In this document: positions 16,783 through 27,446 of the stretch, one piece after another
How positions within the stretch are numbered: position 1 is the first letter of the stretch
Layout of the letters: the number at the start of each line of letters is the position of its first letter
Assembly: GCA_052035645.1 (NCBI GenBank)
Contig: JBPOHK010000109.1
Coordinates: 798-64,797 of the forward strand
Source: Pseudomonadota bacterium
GTDB lineage: Bacteria > Pseudomonadota > Gammaproteobacteria > Steroidobacterales > Steroidobacteraceae
DNA length: 64,000 nucleotides
Reading direction: 5' to 3'
Notes under the pieces: model-generated
Databases searched by the model: none
Told to the model about the DNA's origin: nothing
Seen by the model: the letters and a program-made list of their open reading frames with translations, nothing else
Translations under genes and position numbers: made by a program

Positions 16783-18543
16783 TCACGCGAGCGGCAGCGT
16801 GAACCAGAAGCGGCTGCCCCGTCCGGGCTCGCTCTCCACGCCGATCTCGCCCGCCATGCCCTCGACGAGGCGGCGGCAGATCGCGAGCCCGAGCCCGGTG
16901 CCCGCGGGCATCCTGCGCTGGGGCGACTCGATGCGCTGGAAACGCTGGAACAGGCGCGCCTGGTCCGCCGGCGCGATGCCGATTCCGGTGTCGATCACCT
17001 CGATGCGGGCCGTGGCAGCCAGCCGCTGCGCGCGCACCGTGACCGAACCCTGGTCGGTGAACTTGATGGCATTGGCCACGAGGTTGCGCACGACCTGTTC
17101 GAGGCGCCGGCGATCCGCGCGCACGACGAGGTTGTCGTCGCATTCCCCGAGCCGCAGCTCGAGCCCTGCTTCGCCGGCCGCCGGCTGCAGCGCCTCACAC
17201 TGCGCCTCGAGCAGAGCACGCAGGGGCACGGGCCGGGTTTCGATCGCCAGGTGTCCTGCCTCGATGCTCGAGATGTCGAGGATCTCCTCGATGATCTCCA
17301 GCAGTTGCCCCCCGCTGTGGCGGATGATGCCGAGGTGGCGGCGGTGCTCAGGCGTCAGGACTGCGTCGGGATCCTCCAGCATCAGCGACGAGAATCCGAG
17401 GATCGGGTTGAGCGGCGTGCGCAGCTCGTGGCTGACCGTGGCGAGGAAGGCCGACTTGGCGCGGTTGGCGCTCTCGGCCTCGTCGCGGGCGATCACGAGC
17501 TCGCGGGTGCGCTCGCGGACCTGTGCCTCGAGGCGGCGGCTGTGCCGGCCGAGCAGGTACAGCACCGCGAACAGCAGCCCGCTCACCACGCTGCCGCCCA
17601 CCAGGATCAGCAGCGGCTGGTCGCTCTCCATCAACGACTCGAAGCGCTCGCTGCTGCGGAAGCGGCCGATCCAGGTGTGTCCGCCGATCGACATCGGCAG
17701 GTCGATCGTGTGGCGCGCAATCCGCTCGCCGTCCTCCGAACGGTACAGCAGCCGCTCCGGGGCGATGGACACGTCGTAGACCTCGACCTCGACGTCCCGC
17801 AGCGGGTCCGCGAGGACCTCGTGCATCAGGTCGCCCGCCCGGAACGGGCTGTACACCCAGCCCAGCAGCGCCTCGCGTCGCCCCGCCACGGTGCCGAGCG
17901 CTGCGCCATTGCGGTAAACCGGCAGGTACATCAGGAACCCGGGTTGCACGTCGACCTCGGTTTCCTGCACCAGGCGCACCCGCCCCGAGAGTGCGGCCTC
18001 GCCCGTGTCCCGGGCGCGCTCCATCGCCTTGCGTCGCACGGATTCGCTCAGCATGTCGTAGCCGAAAGCGCGCAGGTTGCGGCCCGCGAACGGTTCGAGG
18101 TAGATGATGCTCGTGTACAGCGGGCGCGCGTAGCCCGGCCGGATCGCGTACTGCGGGTAACCCTCTGCCCGGATGGCTGCCTCGTGTTCCGCCCGCTGGG
18201 TCGCAGGCACCACGAACGCGAACCCGGTCCCCAGGATGCCGGGCAGCGACTCGTCGAGGTCGAGGCTCTGCACGTAATCCCGCCATTCGTGCCGGTCGAC
18301 CCAGTCGCTGGCCCGGAACAGTCCCTGTGCGCCGCGCAGGACCTGCTGGTAGTCGTTCATCCGGTCGACCAGCGCCGCGCGTTGCTGGTCTGCGCGGTAG
18401 ACGAAGCTGCCCTCTGCCCGCTGCTGGAACTCCGCAGTGAACATGCGCCACAGCACCAGGGTGAGGAGCAGGCTCAGGCCGAGGACGACCCAGGCAGTCG
18501 CTCGACGCTCCAGCAGACCGAGATGTCGGCTCGTAGCCGGCAT
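16783..18543 (-). CDS. CHASE-domain sensor histidine kinase (no cognate response regulator in window)
   Basis: 586 aa. An N-terminal TM segment and periplasmic CHASE-like domain (GFAFVVP...IIYLEPF...GYDM...PGFLMYLPVY), a second TM, the H-box SHELRTPLN and the G2 box GTGLGLAICRRLV. Confidence 0.85.
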   Translation of the reverse strand: MPATSRHLGLLERRATAWVVLGLSLLLTLVLWRMFTAEFQQRAEGSFVYRADQQRAALVDRMNDYQQVLRGAQGLFRASDWVDRHEWRDYVQSLDLDESLPGILGTGFAFVVPATQRAEHEAAIRAEGYPQYAIRPGYARPLYTSIIYLEPFAGRNLRAFGYDMLSESVRRKAMERARDTGEAALSGRVRLVQETEVDVQPGFLMYLPVYRNGAALGTVAGRREALLGWVYSPFRAGDLMHEVLADPLRDVEVEVYDVSIAPERLLYRSEDGERIARHTIDLPMSIGGHTWIGRFRSSERFESLMESDQPLLILVGGSVVSGLLFAVLYLLGRHSRRLEAQVRERTRELVIARDEAESANRAKSAFLATVSHELRTPLNPILGFSSLMLEDPDAVLTPEHRRHLGIIRHSGGQLLEIIEEILDISSIEAGHLAIETRPVPLRALLEAQCEALQPAAGEAGLELRLGECDDNLVVRADRRRLEQVVRNLVANAIKFTDQGSVTVRAQRLAATARIEVIDTGIGIAPADQARLFQRFQRIESPQRRMPAGTGLGLAICRRLVEGMAGEIGVESEPGRGSRFWFTLPLA

Positions 18544-18710
18544 GCGGCATTCCTTCTTGCGGCGGAACGTTACGAAACGGGACGGCCAACCCGATTATCC
18601 GGCGGCCGCGCCTGCGGTGCAGGCTCGGTGGATGCCTATGGATCCGTTCCGGAGCGAACCCTGCCACCGCGGCTCACCGGATGAGCCCGGGCGGCGGGTA
18701 GCGTGTCGGT

Positions 18711-18986
18711 ATGATCGACCTCGGCACCGTGGCCGGCCTGCACGCGAGGCGCCACGAACTGCACGCCTACTGCCCGCACTGCGACCGCTGGCACGCCCTG
18801 GACCTGGGCCGCCTGGTCGATGCCGGCTGGGGGCCGCGACGGCTGCCGCTCGGCGTGCGTTGCCGCGACTGCGGCCGCCCCGGCCGCGTGCAGGTTCGCC
18901 CCCCTTGCCCGCTGCGCTCGCGCGCCGCCGGCTGGGCCAGTTCGGCCTGGCGCCCGGGCCCTGCCGAAGCGGGCGGACTCCGCTAA
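18711..18986 (+). CDS. small hypothetical zinc-ribbon protein (CPHC...CRDC)
   Basis: 91-aa ORF with very high third-position GC, consistent with coding. Two CxxC pairs 29 residues apart. Lies 12 nt upstream of the enoyl-CoA hydratase gene. Confidence 0.45.
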   Translation: MIDLGTVAGLHARRHELHAYCPHCDRWHALDLGRLVDAGWGPRRLPLGVRCRDCGRPGRVQVRPPCPLRSRAAGWASSAWRPGPAEAGGLR

Positions 18987-18998
18987 CATCCGGGGCCC

Positions 18999-19787
18999 AT
19001 GCCCCACGTACACTGCACCCTCGACGACGGCATCGCGGTCGTCACGATGGACAGCCCGCCGGCGAACGCCTTTACCGACGAACTCCACGACGAGTTCCTG
19101 GCGGCGCTCGACCGCCTCGCGGGCTGCACCGTGCGGGCTGCGATCGTCACGGGCACCGGCCGCTTCTTCCAGGCCGGCGGCGACATGAACCGCTTCCTGA
19201 CGCTGCACACGCTCGCGGACGCGGAGGCCTTCGTCCGCCGGGCCCAGGCGTTCATGGACCGCATCGCCGCCGCGCCGTGGCCGACCATCGCGGCCATCAA
19301 CGGCTATGCCCTCGGCGGCGGGCTGGAAATCGCACTCGCCTGCGACCTGCGCGTGGCCGCCACCGATGCCCGCCTGGGGCTGCCCGAGGTCTCGTACGGC
19401 ATCCTGGCCGGCGCCGGCGGCACCCAGCGCCTGGCGCGGCTCATCGGCCCGGGGCGGGCGAAATGGCTGATGTACACGGGCCGGCAATTGACGGCCGCGC
19501 AGGCCCTCGAGTGGGGACTCGTGGAGCAGGTCGTCGCACCGGCAGACCTGCTGGAAGAGTGCCGCGCGCTGGCCGGCGAGATCGCCGGCCACTCGCCCAC
19601 CGCCGTGCGCCACGTGAAGAAGTGCGTGGACGAAGGCCTGCAACTTCCGCTCGAGGCAGCGCTGGCGCTCGAACGCGACTACTGGGCGCGGCTCATCCCC
19701 TGCGGCGACTACCGCGAGGGTGTGCGGGCGTGGCTCGAGAAGCGCAGGCCGAACTACCCGGACGCGCCGCCGGACGGCCGCCCGTGA
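18999..19787 (+). CDS. enoyl-CoA hydratase/isomerase (crotonase) family protein
   Basis: 262 aa with FQAGGDM and INGYALGGGLEIALACDLRVA. Confidence 0.85.
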   Translation: MPHVHCTLDDGIAVVTMDSPPANAFTDELHDEFLAALDRLAGCTVRAAIVTGTGRFFQAGGDMNRFLTLHTLADAEAFVRRAQAFMDRIAAAPWPTIAAINGYALGGGLEIALACDLRVAATDARLGLPEVSYGILAGAGGTQRLARLIGPGRAKWLMYTGRQLTAAQALEWGLVEQVVAPADLLEECRALAGEIAGHSPTAVRHVKKCVDEGLQLPLEAALALERDYWARLIPCGDYREGVRAWLEKRRPNYPDAPPDGRP

Positions 19788-19824
19788 GCCCGCCACGCTG
19801 ACCCGCACCCAGGACGCCCTGCGC

Positions 19825-21378
19825 ATGCCCCCCGCCGCCGATCCCGTGCTCACCTCCGTCCCCTGCCGCTACCTGCTCGCGCGACACGCCTTCGAGCGCC
19901 CCGGGCAGACGGCGATCGTCGACGGCGCCAGCGGCGAGACGGTCACCTACCGCGAACTGCGCGAGCGCGTCGCGCGCATCGCGGGCGCCCTCGCCGGCCG
20001 CGGCATCGGCCGAGGCGACCGCGTCGCCTGCCTCGCGCTGAACGGCAAGGCGACCATGGAGCTCTTCCTGGCCCTGACCTGGCTCGGCGCGGTGAGCGTG
20101 CCGCTGAACATCCGGCACAGCGCCGCGGAGCTGGCCTTCATCCTCGAGGACTGCGGCGCAAAGGCGCTGTTCGCCTGCGAGCAGCTGCGGCCGCTGGCGG
20201 AGGCTGCCCTGGCGGAGAACTCGACCGTGTGTCTGCGCATCCTGCAGGGTGCGGCCCGTGACGGCTGGTTCGACTTCGAGGCACTCGCGTCGCCCGCGCA
20301 GCCGCCCATCGAGATGGACGACACGGTCAGCGGCGACTCGCTGTGCATGCTGCTCTACACGAGCGGCACGACCGGCCGGCCCAAGGGCTGCATGATCCCG
20401 CAGCGCACTTGGACGGGTTACGCGGCCCACATGGCGACGTGCTTCCGGATGGGCGAGACCGACGTGTACCTCGCGTTCCTGCCGTTCTTCCACGTCGCGG
20501 GCTTCGGCACGGCCCTCGCACAACTGGTCCTCGGCGGCACGATCGTCACGGCGCCCGTCGCCGATCCGAAGCTCTTCTATCGGCTCATCGCCCGGCACCG
20601 CGTCAGCATCGTGTTCCTGGTGCCCGGCATCTCGGCGGCCTTCGTGAACGACGAGGACGCTGCGACCACCGACCTGGGCTCGCTGCGCGTGTTCATCAGC
20701 GGCGCCGGCGTCGAGAAGCCCGCGCTCGTCGCGGCGGTCGAGAGTCGTCTTGGCGCGCGCTACTTCGGCATCTACGGCCAGACCGAGTCCGGCGGCAAGG
20801 TCACCTGGGTGGACTCGTCGATGCTGGGCGAAGACCCGACGAGCTACGGCCGGGTCATGCCGTTCTTCGACTACATCGTCGCGGACGAGAACGACCGCGA
20901 CGTCGGCCCGGGCGAAGTCGGCGAACTGTGCGTGCGCGGCAGCACCGTCATGCTCGGCTACTGGAACCATCCGCAGGCCACCGCCGAGACGCTGAGGAAC
21001 GGCTGGCACCACACCGGCGACCTGTTCCAGCGCCTGCCGGGCGGCCAGCTGAGGATGGTCGACCGCAAGAAATACCTGATCAAGACCGGCGGCGAGAACG
21101 TCTATCCGCAGGAGGTCGAGCAGGTGCTGCTGCGGCACGAGTCCATCGCGGACGCCGCCGTCCTCGGCGTGCCCGACCCGCACTGGGGCGAGACCGTCAC
21201 GGCCTTCGTCGTCACCCGGCCGGGCTGCACGCTCGAGCCGCAGGCCGTCGCCGACTGGGTCGGCGCGCACATCGCGGGCTACAAGAAGCCGCGCCGGGTC
21301 CACTTCGTCGCGTCGCTGCCGCGCAATGCCTCCGGCAAGGTGCTGAAGGCGGAGCTGCTGGCGCTCGTCGCGACCTGA
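19825..21378 (+). CDS. AMP-dependent acyl-CoA synthetase/ligase
   Basis: ATG 19825 (MPPAADPVLTSVPCRYLL) lies within the 19720..21378 ORF. AMP-binding motif LLYTSGTTGRPKG, plus GYWN, TGD and the C-terminal GKVLK. Confidence 0.85.
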   Translation: MPPAADPVLTSVPCRYLLARHAFERPGQTAIVDGASGETVTYRELRERVARIAGALAGRGIGRGDRVACLALNGKATMELFLALTWLGAVSVPLNIRHSAAELAFILEDCGAKALFACEQLRPLAEAALAENSTVCLRILQGAARDGWFDFEALASPAQPPIEMDDTVSGDSLCMLLYTSGTTGRPKGCMIPQRTWTGYAAHMATCFRMGETDVYLAFLPFFHVAGFGTALAQLVLGGTIVTAPVADPKLFYRLIARHRVSIVFLVPGISAAFVNDEDAATTDLGSLRVFISGAGVEKPALVAAVESRLGARYFGIYGQTESGGKVTWVDSSMLGEDPTSYGRVMPFFDYIVADENDRDVGPGEVGELCVRGSTVMLGYWNHPQATAETLRNGWHHTGDLFQRLPGGQLRMVDRKKYLIKTGGENVYPQEVEQVLLRHESIADAAVLGVPDPHWGETVTAFVVTRPGCTLEPQAVADWVGAHIAGYKKPRRVHFVASLPRNASGKVLKAELLALVAT

Positions 21379-21408
21379 GCGCGGTCCGCCTCGCGGCGAC
21401 GCGTCGAC

Positions 21409-23331
21409 TCAGGGCACCACGGGCAGCACGACGGCGCTCGCGGCGTCGCCGCCGAACCCGATGGTCTGGGTGGCCTTGCGGTAATCGCCCGGCTTCGCAT
21501 ACATGATGTTGTCGACGTACGTCTGCGGGTTGCGGTCGTAGAGGGGGAACAGCGTCGACTGCACCTGTACCATGATGCGGTGCCCGGGCAGGAACACGTG
21601 GTTCACGTCGGGCAGCGCCCAGCGGTAGCGCTCGATCTTGCCCGGCTTCAGCGGCGCGGGCTCGGCGAAGCTTCGCAGGTAGCGCCCGCGGAAGATCTCG
21701 ATGCCGATGGGCAGTTCGTAGCCCGCCATCGACGGTTTCGCGCCCTGCGCGGCCTCCTCCGGCACGTCGTTCGGATAGACGTCGATCAGCTTCACCACCC
21801 AGTCGCTGTCGGTGCCGGAGGTCGCCGCATACAGGTCGACCTGCGGCGCCCCCATGACGTGCACCGCCGACTCGAGCGGCGCACTCGTCCACTCGACGAC
21901 GTCCGGGCGCCCCGTCACGAAACGCTGGTCGCGGACCAGCCAGGCCTTCCACTGCATCGGGTCGTTGGAGTCGATCGGGCGCGGCAGGTACGGCACGGGC
22001 TTCGCCGGGTCGCTGACGTACTGCACCGATCCGCGCGCCGTCGGGCGCTCGAACGTCGCCTTGCCGTCCGCCGCGAGGTAGATCGGCTTCGCCACGCCCA
22101 CCGGCCACTTCGGCGAGACCTGCCACTCGTCGATGCCGGTCGCATAGGTGAGCACCGGCGGCGTGCGCGGATCGGGCGCACCCTTGAGGTGGTGGTCGAA
22201 GAACGGCTTCACGTACTTCACGCGCCACTCGCGCGCGGTGTCGCCCTTGAACGTCAGCGGCCCGAGGTCGTAGCCGTAGTGATTCGCGCCCGAGTGCCGC
22301 CAAGGGCCGATGACCAGCGACACGCGGTCGTTGTTCGTGTCCTTGGGCTCGAGCGCGCGGTAGACGGCCGGACCGCCGTAGCTGTCCTCCTGGTCCCACT
22401 GGCCGAGCTCGATCATCGTCGGGACCACGAGGGGCTGGGCCGCGAGCCACTTGTCCACCGCCTGCAGCGACCAGAACGGCGTGTAGGCCGGGTTGTCGAG
22501 GAACTTGCGCACGCCCGGGAGGTGCTGGATCCCCAGCCGTGCCGCGAAATCCGCGACCGAGCCGGCCTCGAGGTACCTGGTGTAGTCGTCGCCGGCCCCG
22601 AGCGCGAACTCGCCGCCGCCCTCCGCCTTGTTCGTGCCCTGCCCGACCACGAAGTCGAGCGAGCTGACGCGGAACGCCCCGTTGTGGAACCAGTCGTCGC
22701 CCATCCAGCCGTCGACCATCGGGCTCTCGGCGACCGCGGCCTTGAGCGCGGGGTGCGGGCGGATCGTGGCCATCAGCGTGGTGAAGCCGAGGTACGACGA
22801 GCCGATGACGCCGACCTGGCCGTTCGATTCCGGCACGTTCTTCACCAGCCAGTCGATGGCGTCCCAGGCGTCGGTCGCCTCGTCGATGCCGGTGTCGTTC
22901 AGCGGGCCGGACAGCGGCCGGTTGAGCACCCACTCGCCCTCGGACCGGTGCAGGCCGCGGATGTCCTGGTAGACGCGGATGTAGCCGTCCTCGGCAAACT
23001 CCGCGTCCATCACCTGCAGCACGTCGACGATGCGCTGGCTGTGGACGCGATGGGTCGCTCCGTGCGCGTCGTACGGCGTGCGCGAGAGCAGGATGGGCGC
23101 GTTCGTCGTGCCCTTCTTCATCACGATCACGGTGTAGAGCTTCACGCCGTCGCGCATCGGCACCATCGCCTCGCGGCGCACGAAATCCGCCGACGGCAGC
23201 GTCTGCTCGTACGAGGGGAGCGCATCGGAGGTCATCGGCGTGACGGGCGGCAGGGGCTCGCCGCCCGCGCCCACGGACAGGGCCAGGCTGGTGACGAGGA
23301 TGGCTAGCGTGCGGGTGCGGATTGAATTCAT
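21409..23331 (-). CDS. secreted CocE/NonD-family serine hydrolase (X-Pro dipeptidyl-peptidase S15-like)
   Basis: 640 aa. Signal peptide MNSIRTRTLAILVTSLALSVGAGG, then MRDGVKLYT...SRTPYD and the nucleophile region GVIGSSYLG. Confidence 0.8.
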   Translation of the reverse strand: MNSIRTRTLAILVTSLALSVGAGGEPLPPVTPMTSDALPSYEQTLPSADFVRREAMVPMRDGVKLYTVIVMKKGTTNAPILLSRTPYDAHGATHRVHSQRIVDVLQVMDAEFAEDGYIRVYQDIRGLHRSEGEWVLNRPLSGPLNDTGIDEATDAWDAIDWLVKNVPESNGQVGVIGSSYLGFTTLMATIRPHPALKAAVAESPMVDGWMGDDWFHNGAFRVSSLDFVVGQGTNKAEGGGEFALGAGDDYTRYLEAGSVADFAARLGIQHLPGVRKFLDNPAYTPFWSLQAVDKWLAAQPLVVPTMIELGQWDQEDSYGGPAVYRALEPKDTNNDRVSLVIGPWRHSGANHYGYDLGPLTFKGDTAREWRVKYVKPFFDHHLKGAPDPRTPPVLTYATGIDEWQVSPKWPVGVAKPIYLAADGKATFERPTARGSVQYVSDPAKPVPYLPRPIDSNDPMQWKAWLVRDQRFVTGRPDVVEWTSAPLESAVHVMGAPQVDLYAATSGTDSDWVVKLIDVYPNDVPEEAAQGAKPSMAGYELPIGIEIFRGRYLRSFAEPAPLKPGKIERYRWALPDVNHVFLPGHRIMVQVQSTLFPLYDRNPQTYVDNIMYAKPGDYRKATQTIGFGGDAASAVVLPVVP

Positions 23332-23368
23332 GGCGGCGCAGAGTAAGGGGCCGGAGGGCGCGCTTCAA

Positions 23369-23456
23369 CCCGTGGGTTTCTCGTCCCACCCTCGGCCAGA
23401 AACGAAAACGCCCGCTGTCGCGGGCGTCGTCGTTTCTGGCGGAGAGGGTGGGATTC
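23369..23456. repeat. 88-nt direct repeat, copy 1 (terminator hairpin plus the 3' 20 nt of tRNA-Ser)
   Basis: Identical to 23558-23645 except for 2 mismatches (period 189 nt). Ends in TGGCGGAGAGGGTGGGATTC, the complement of the acceptor-3'/T-arm of tRNA-Ser. Confidence 0.9.
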
Positions 23457-23555
23457 ACTCGTCGCGCATTGCGCGACTCGCCCCTCCGGGGCGACCTCGC
23501 CCGCCTTCGCGGCGAGGTCGTGCACATCGGCACCGCCGATGTGTCGAACCCACGG
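23437..23555 (-). pseudogene. tRNA-Ser 3'-half remnant interrupted in the T loop by an insert of about 87 nt rich in hairpins
   Basis: TGGCGGAGAGGGTGGGATTC (23437-23456) and TCGAACCCACGG (23544-23555) together recreate the 3' 30 nt of the intact tRNA (23626-23655). They are separated by 23457-23543, which holds three hairpins at 23461-23477, 23492-23520 and 23523-23543. Confidence 0.55.
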
Positions 23556-23557
23556 GT

Positions 23558-23715
<158 letters not shown>

Positions 23716-23722
23716 GTCGAAC

Positions 23723-25105
<1,383 letters not shown>

Positions 25106-26410
25106 TCACTTGCCGCGGATGCGGGCCAGCGCCTCGGCGATCTTAATCTCGAGCCCGCGCGGCACCGGCTCGTAGTACCGGGCCGGCTCCATGCCGTCGG
25201 GGAAGTAGCGCTCGCCGCGCGCGACGCCTTCCGGCTCGTCGTGTGCGTAGCGATAGCCCTTGCCGTAGCCGAGACCCTTCATCAGGCCGGTGGGCGCATT
25301 GCGCAGGTGCATCGGCACCTCGAGCGTGCCCAGCCGCTCGGCATCCGCCCGGGCGGCACCGAATGCGGTGTAGACCGCGTTGCTCTTGGCCGCGCAGGCC
25401 ATGAACACCACCGCCTGCGCGATGGCGAGTTCGCCCTCCGGGCTGCCGAGCCGCTCGTAGACCTCGCAGGCCTCGAGCGCGAGCGTCAGCGCGCGCGGGT
25501 CGGCGTTGCCGATGTCCTCCGAGGCCATGCGCAGCACGCGGCGCGCGACGTAGCGCGGGTCGCAGCCACCGTCGAGCATCCGGCACAGCCAGTACAGGGC
25601 GGCGTCCGGGTCGGAGCCGCGCACGGACTTGTGCAGCGCCGAAATCTGGTCGTAGAACTGCTCGCCCTTCTTGTCGAAGCGCCGGAAGCCGCCGGCCGAG
25701 ACCTCGGCCGCGACCGCCTCGTCGATCCGACCGCCGGCCGCAGAGGCGAGGTCCGCGGCGACTTCGAGCAGGTTGAGCGCGCGCCGCGCGTCCCCGTCCG
25801 CCGCCCGCGCGATCGTGAGCAGCGCCTCCTCGTCGGCGGCCACGCCCGCCGCTGCGAACTCGCGCTCGAGCGCACGCGCCAGCACCTGCCGCACGTCCTC
25901 GGCCGTGAGCGAGCGCAGCACGTACACGCGCGCGCGCGACAGCAGCGCGCCGTTGATCTCGAACGACGGGTTCTCGGTCGTCGCCCCGATGAAGCAGACC
26001 GTGCCGTCCTCGACGTAGGGCAGGAACGCATCCTGCTGGGACTTGTTGAAGCGGTGCACCTCGTCGAGGAACAGCACCGTGCGCCGCCCCGCCGAGCGGC
26101 GCAGTTCCTGCGCGTGCTCGACGGCCGCCCGCACGTCCTTGACGCCGGCCATCACCGCCGAGAGCGCCATGAACTCGGCATCGCAGGTCTTCGCGACCAG
26201 GCGTGCGAGCGTCGTCTTGCCGGTCCCGGGCGGACCCCACAGCAGCATGGAGTGCAGCGTGCGGCCCTCGAGCAGGCGCCTGAGCGGCTTACCCGGCGCG
26301 AGCAGGTGCGACTGGCCGATGAAGTCGTCGAGGCTCGCCGGGCGCATGCGGTCCGCGAGCGGACGCCAGCCGCCCTCGCCGGCGCCGAAATTCAGTTCCG
26401 GCCCAGCCAC
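25106..26410 (-). CDS. rarA: replication-associated recombination protein A (AAA+ ATPase)
   Basis: Real C-terminal part of the 647-aa track ORF. PLADRMRPASLDDFIGQSHLL aligns with the E. coli RarA N-terminus, and the Walker A is GPPGTGKTT. The start is uncertain: GTG 26410 (overlaps vanZ by 19 nt) or ATG 26347. Confidence 0.85.
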   Translation of the reverse strand: MAGPELNFGAGEGGWRPLADRMRPASLDDFIGQSHLLAPGKPLRRLLEGRTLHSMLLWGPPGTGKTTLARLVAKTCDAEFMALSAVMAGVKDVRAAVEHAQELRRSAGRRTVLFLDEVHRFNKSQQDAFLPYVEDGTVCFIGATTENPSFEINGALLSRARVYVLRSLTAEDVRQVLARALEREFAAAGVAADEEALLTIARAADGDARRALNLLEVAADLASAAGGRIDEAVAAEVSAGGFRRFDKKGEQFYDQISALHKSVRGSDPDAALYWLCRMLDGGCDPRYVARRVLRMASEDIGNADPRALTLALEACEVYERLGSPEGELAIAQAVVFMACAAKSNAVYTAFGAARADAERLGTLEVPMHLRNAPTGLMKGLGYGKGYRYAHDEPEGVARGERYFPDGMEPARYYEPVPRGLEIKIAEALARIRGK

Positions 26411-26775
26411 GCTTCGACCCTCGGCGTCCAGCCGCCCGCCGATCGCCGCGCGGCGGCGAGGCCCAGGCCCACGCCGAGCGCGTTCGCGGCCATGTCGTAC
26501 ACGTCGCCCTGCCGGCCCGCGGCCATCAGGAACTGCCCGACCTCGAGGGCCAGTCCGAGCCCGAGCAGGCCGACGGCGATCGTGCCGTAGCGCGTGCGCG
26601 GATGCATGCCGGCGAACCAGACCATGAGGAATGCATACGCCCCGCAGTGCTGCAGCTTGTCGAGCCGGCCGACGACCGGCACGTCCATGCCCGGCCCCAG
26701 GCTGCCCCACACGACGAGTCCGACGAGCACGACGCTCGCGGCCTGCCACAGCGACGCATGGCGCAGGGGCAACAT
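26392..26775 (-). CDS. VanZ-family membrane protein
   Basis: 127 aa starting at ATG 26775 (MLPLRHASLWQAASVVLVGLVVWGSL...DKLQHCGAYAFLMVWF). Four predicted TM helices. Confidence 0.7.
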   Translation of the reverse strand: MLPLRHASLWQAASVVLVGLVVWGSLGPGMDVPVVGRLDKLQHCGAYAFLMVWFAGMHPRTRYGTIAVGLLGLGLALEVGQFLMAAGRQGDVYDMAANALGVGLGLAAARRSAGGWTPRVEAWLGRN

Positions 26776-26783
26776 GCCGGGGC

Positions 26784-27446
26784 TCAGGGGTCGACGCTGC
26801 CGATGACGTCGGCGCCCTTCGGCGGCGTGAAGCGGAACGCCGAGGCATCGACGCGGCCGTTGCGCACGCCGTCGAGGAACGCGAGGGAGGTGACCTGGCC
26901 CAGCTTGTCGACCAGTTCCATGGCGACGAGTCCTCCGCGTCCGTCGAAGGCGAGCGCGACGCGCTCGAAGTCCGAACCCGTCTGCTTCGGCTTGAGCGAG
27001 CACCACGTGATGGCACCGCGCTGCACGACCTCGCCCGAGGTGAACGCATCCGCCGCGCGGCCCGCCCCGGACAGCAGCATGGCCGGCGTGGAGCCGAGCC
27101 CCTGCTCCAGGGGCCGCACCGTGACCTGCTGCAGGTCCGAGTCGTACAGCCAGAGCTTGCGTCCGTCCGCGACGATGGTCTGCACGTACGGCTCGCGGTA
27201 GTCCCAGCGGAAGCGGTCCGGCCGCGAGAGCGTCAGGCGGCCCGACGCGCGCTGCGTGATCTGGCCCTTGTCGTCGCGCACGACCTGCTCGAAGCCCGCC
27301 GACAGCGTCTTCAGGGTCCCGAGGTAGGCGTCGACCCGCGCCACGGCGTCCTCGGCCGCGGCCGCGGCCGACGCGAGGCACAGCAGCGCCAGCGCGCCAG
27401 CGCGCAGGCCCGCCCCGGCGCGCACGCGGCCCCGCTCAGTCCGCAT
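26784..27446 (-). CDS. lolA: outer-membrane lipoprotein carrier protein LolA
   Basis: 220 aa with a signal peptide and the LolA pattern SAGFEQVV...[15 protein letters not shown]...[13 protein letters not shown]. The ATG overlaps the ftsK stop by 11 nt. Confidence 0.9.
   Translation of the reverse strand: MRTERGRVRAGAGLRAGALALLCLASAAAAAEDAVARVDAYLGTLKTLSAGFEQVVRDDKGQITQRASGRLTLSRPDRFRWDYREPYVQTIVADGRKLWLYDSDLQQVTVRPLEQGLGSTPAMLLSGAGRAADAFTSGEVVQRGAITWCSLKPKQTGSDFERVALAFDGRGGLVAMELVDKLGQVTSLAFLDGVRNGRVDASAFRFTPPKGADVIGSVDP

Noticed and set aside
16339-18684. 781-aa plus-strand ORF and 439-aa minus-strand ORF over the histidine kinase region
   Set aside because: The CHASE/HisKA/HATPase motifs are all in the 16783..18543 minus-strand frame. 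The others are compositional shadows.
1-23331. Left 23 kb as a mobile genomic island or prophage
   Set aside because: The tRNA-Ser scar fits an island border. However, I found no integrase, transposase, conjugation or phage genes, and no clear GC shift relative to the core. Mobility therefore cannot be claimed from this window alone.
26392-26410. The 19-nt vanZ/rarA overlap as evidence of a frameshifted or fused gene
   Set aside because: Both reading frames are intact with their own stops. The overlap depends on choosing GTG 26410 as the rarA start, and ATG 26347 would remove it.
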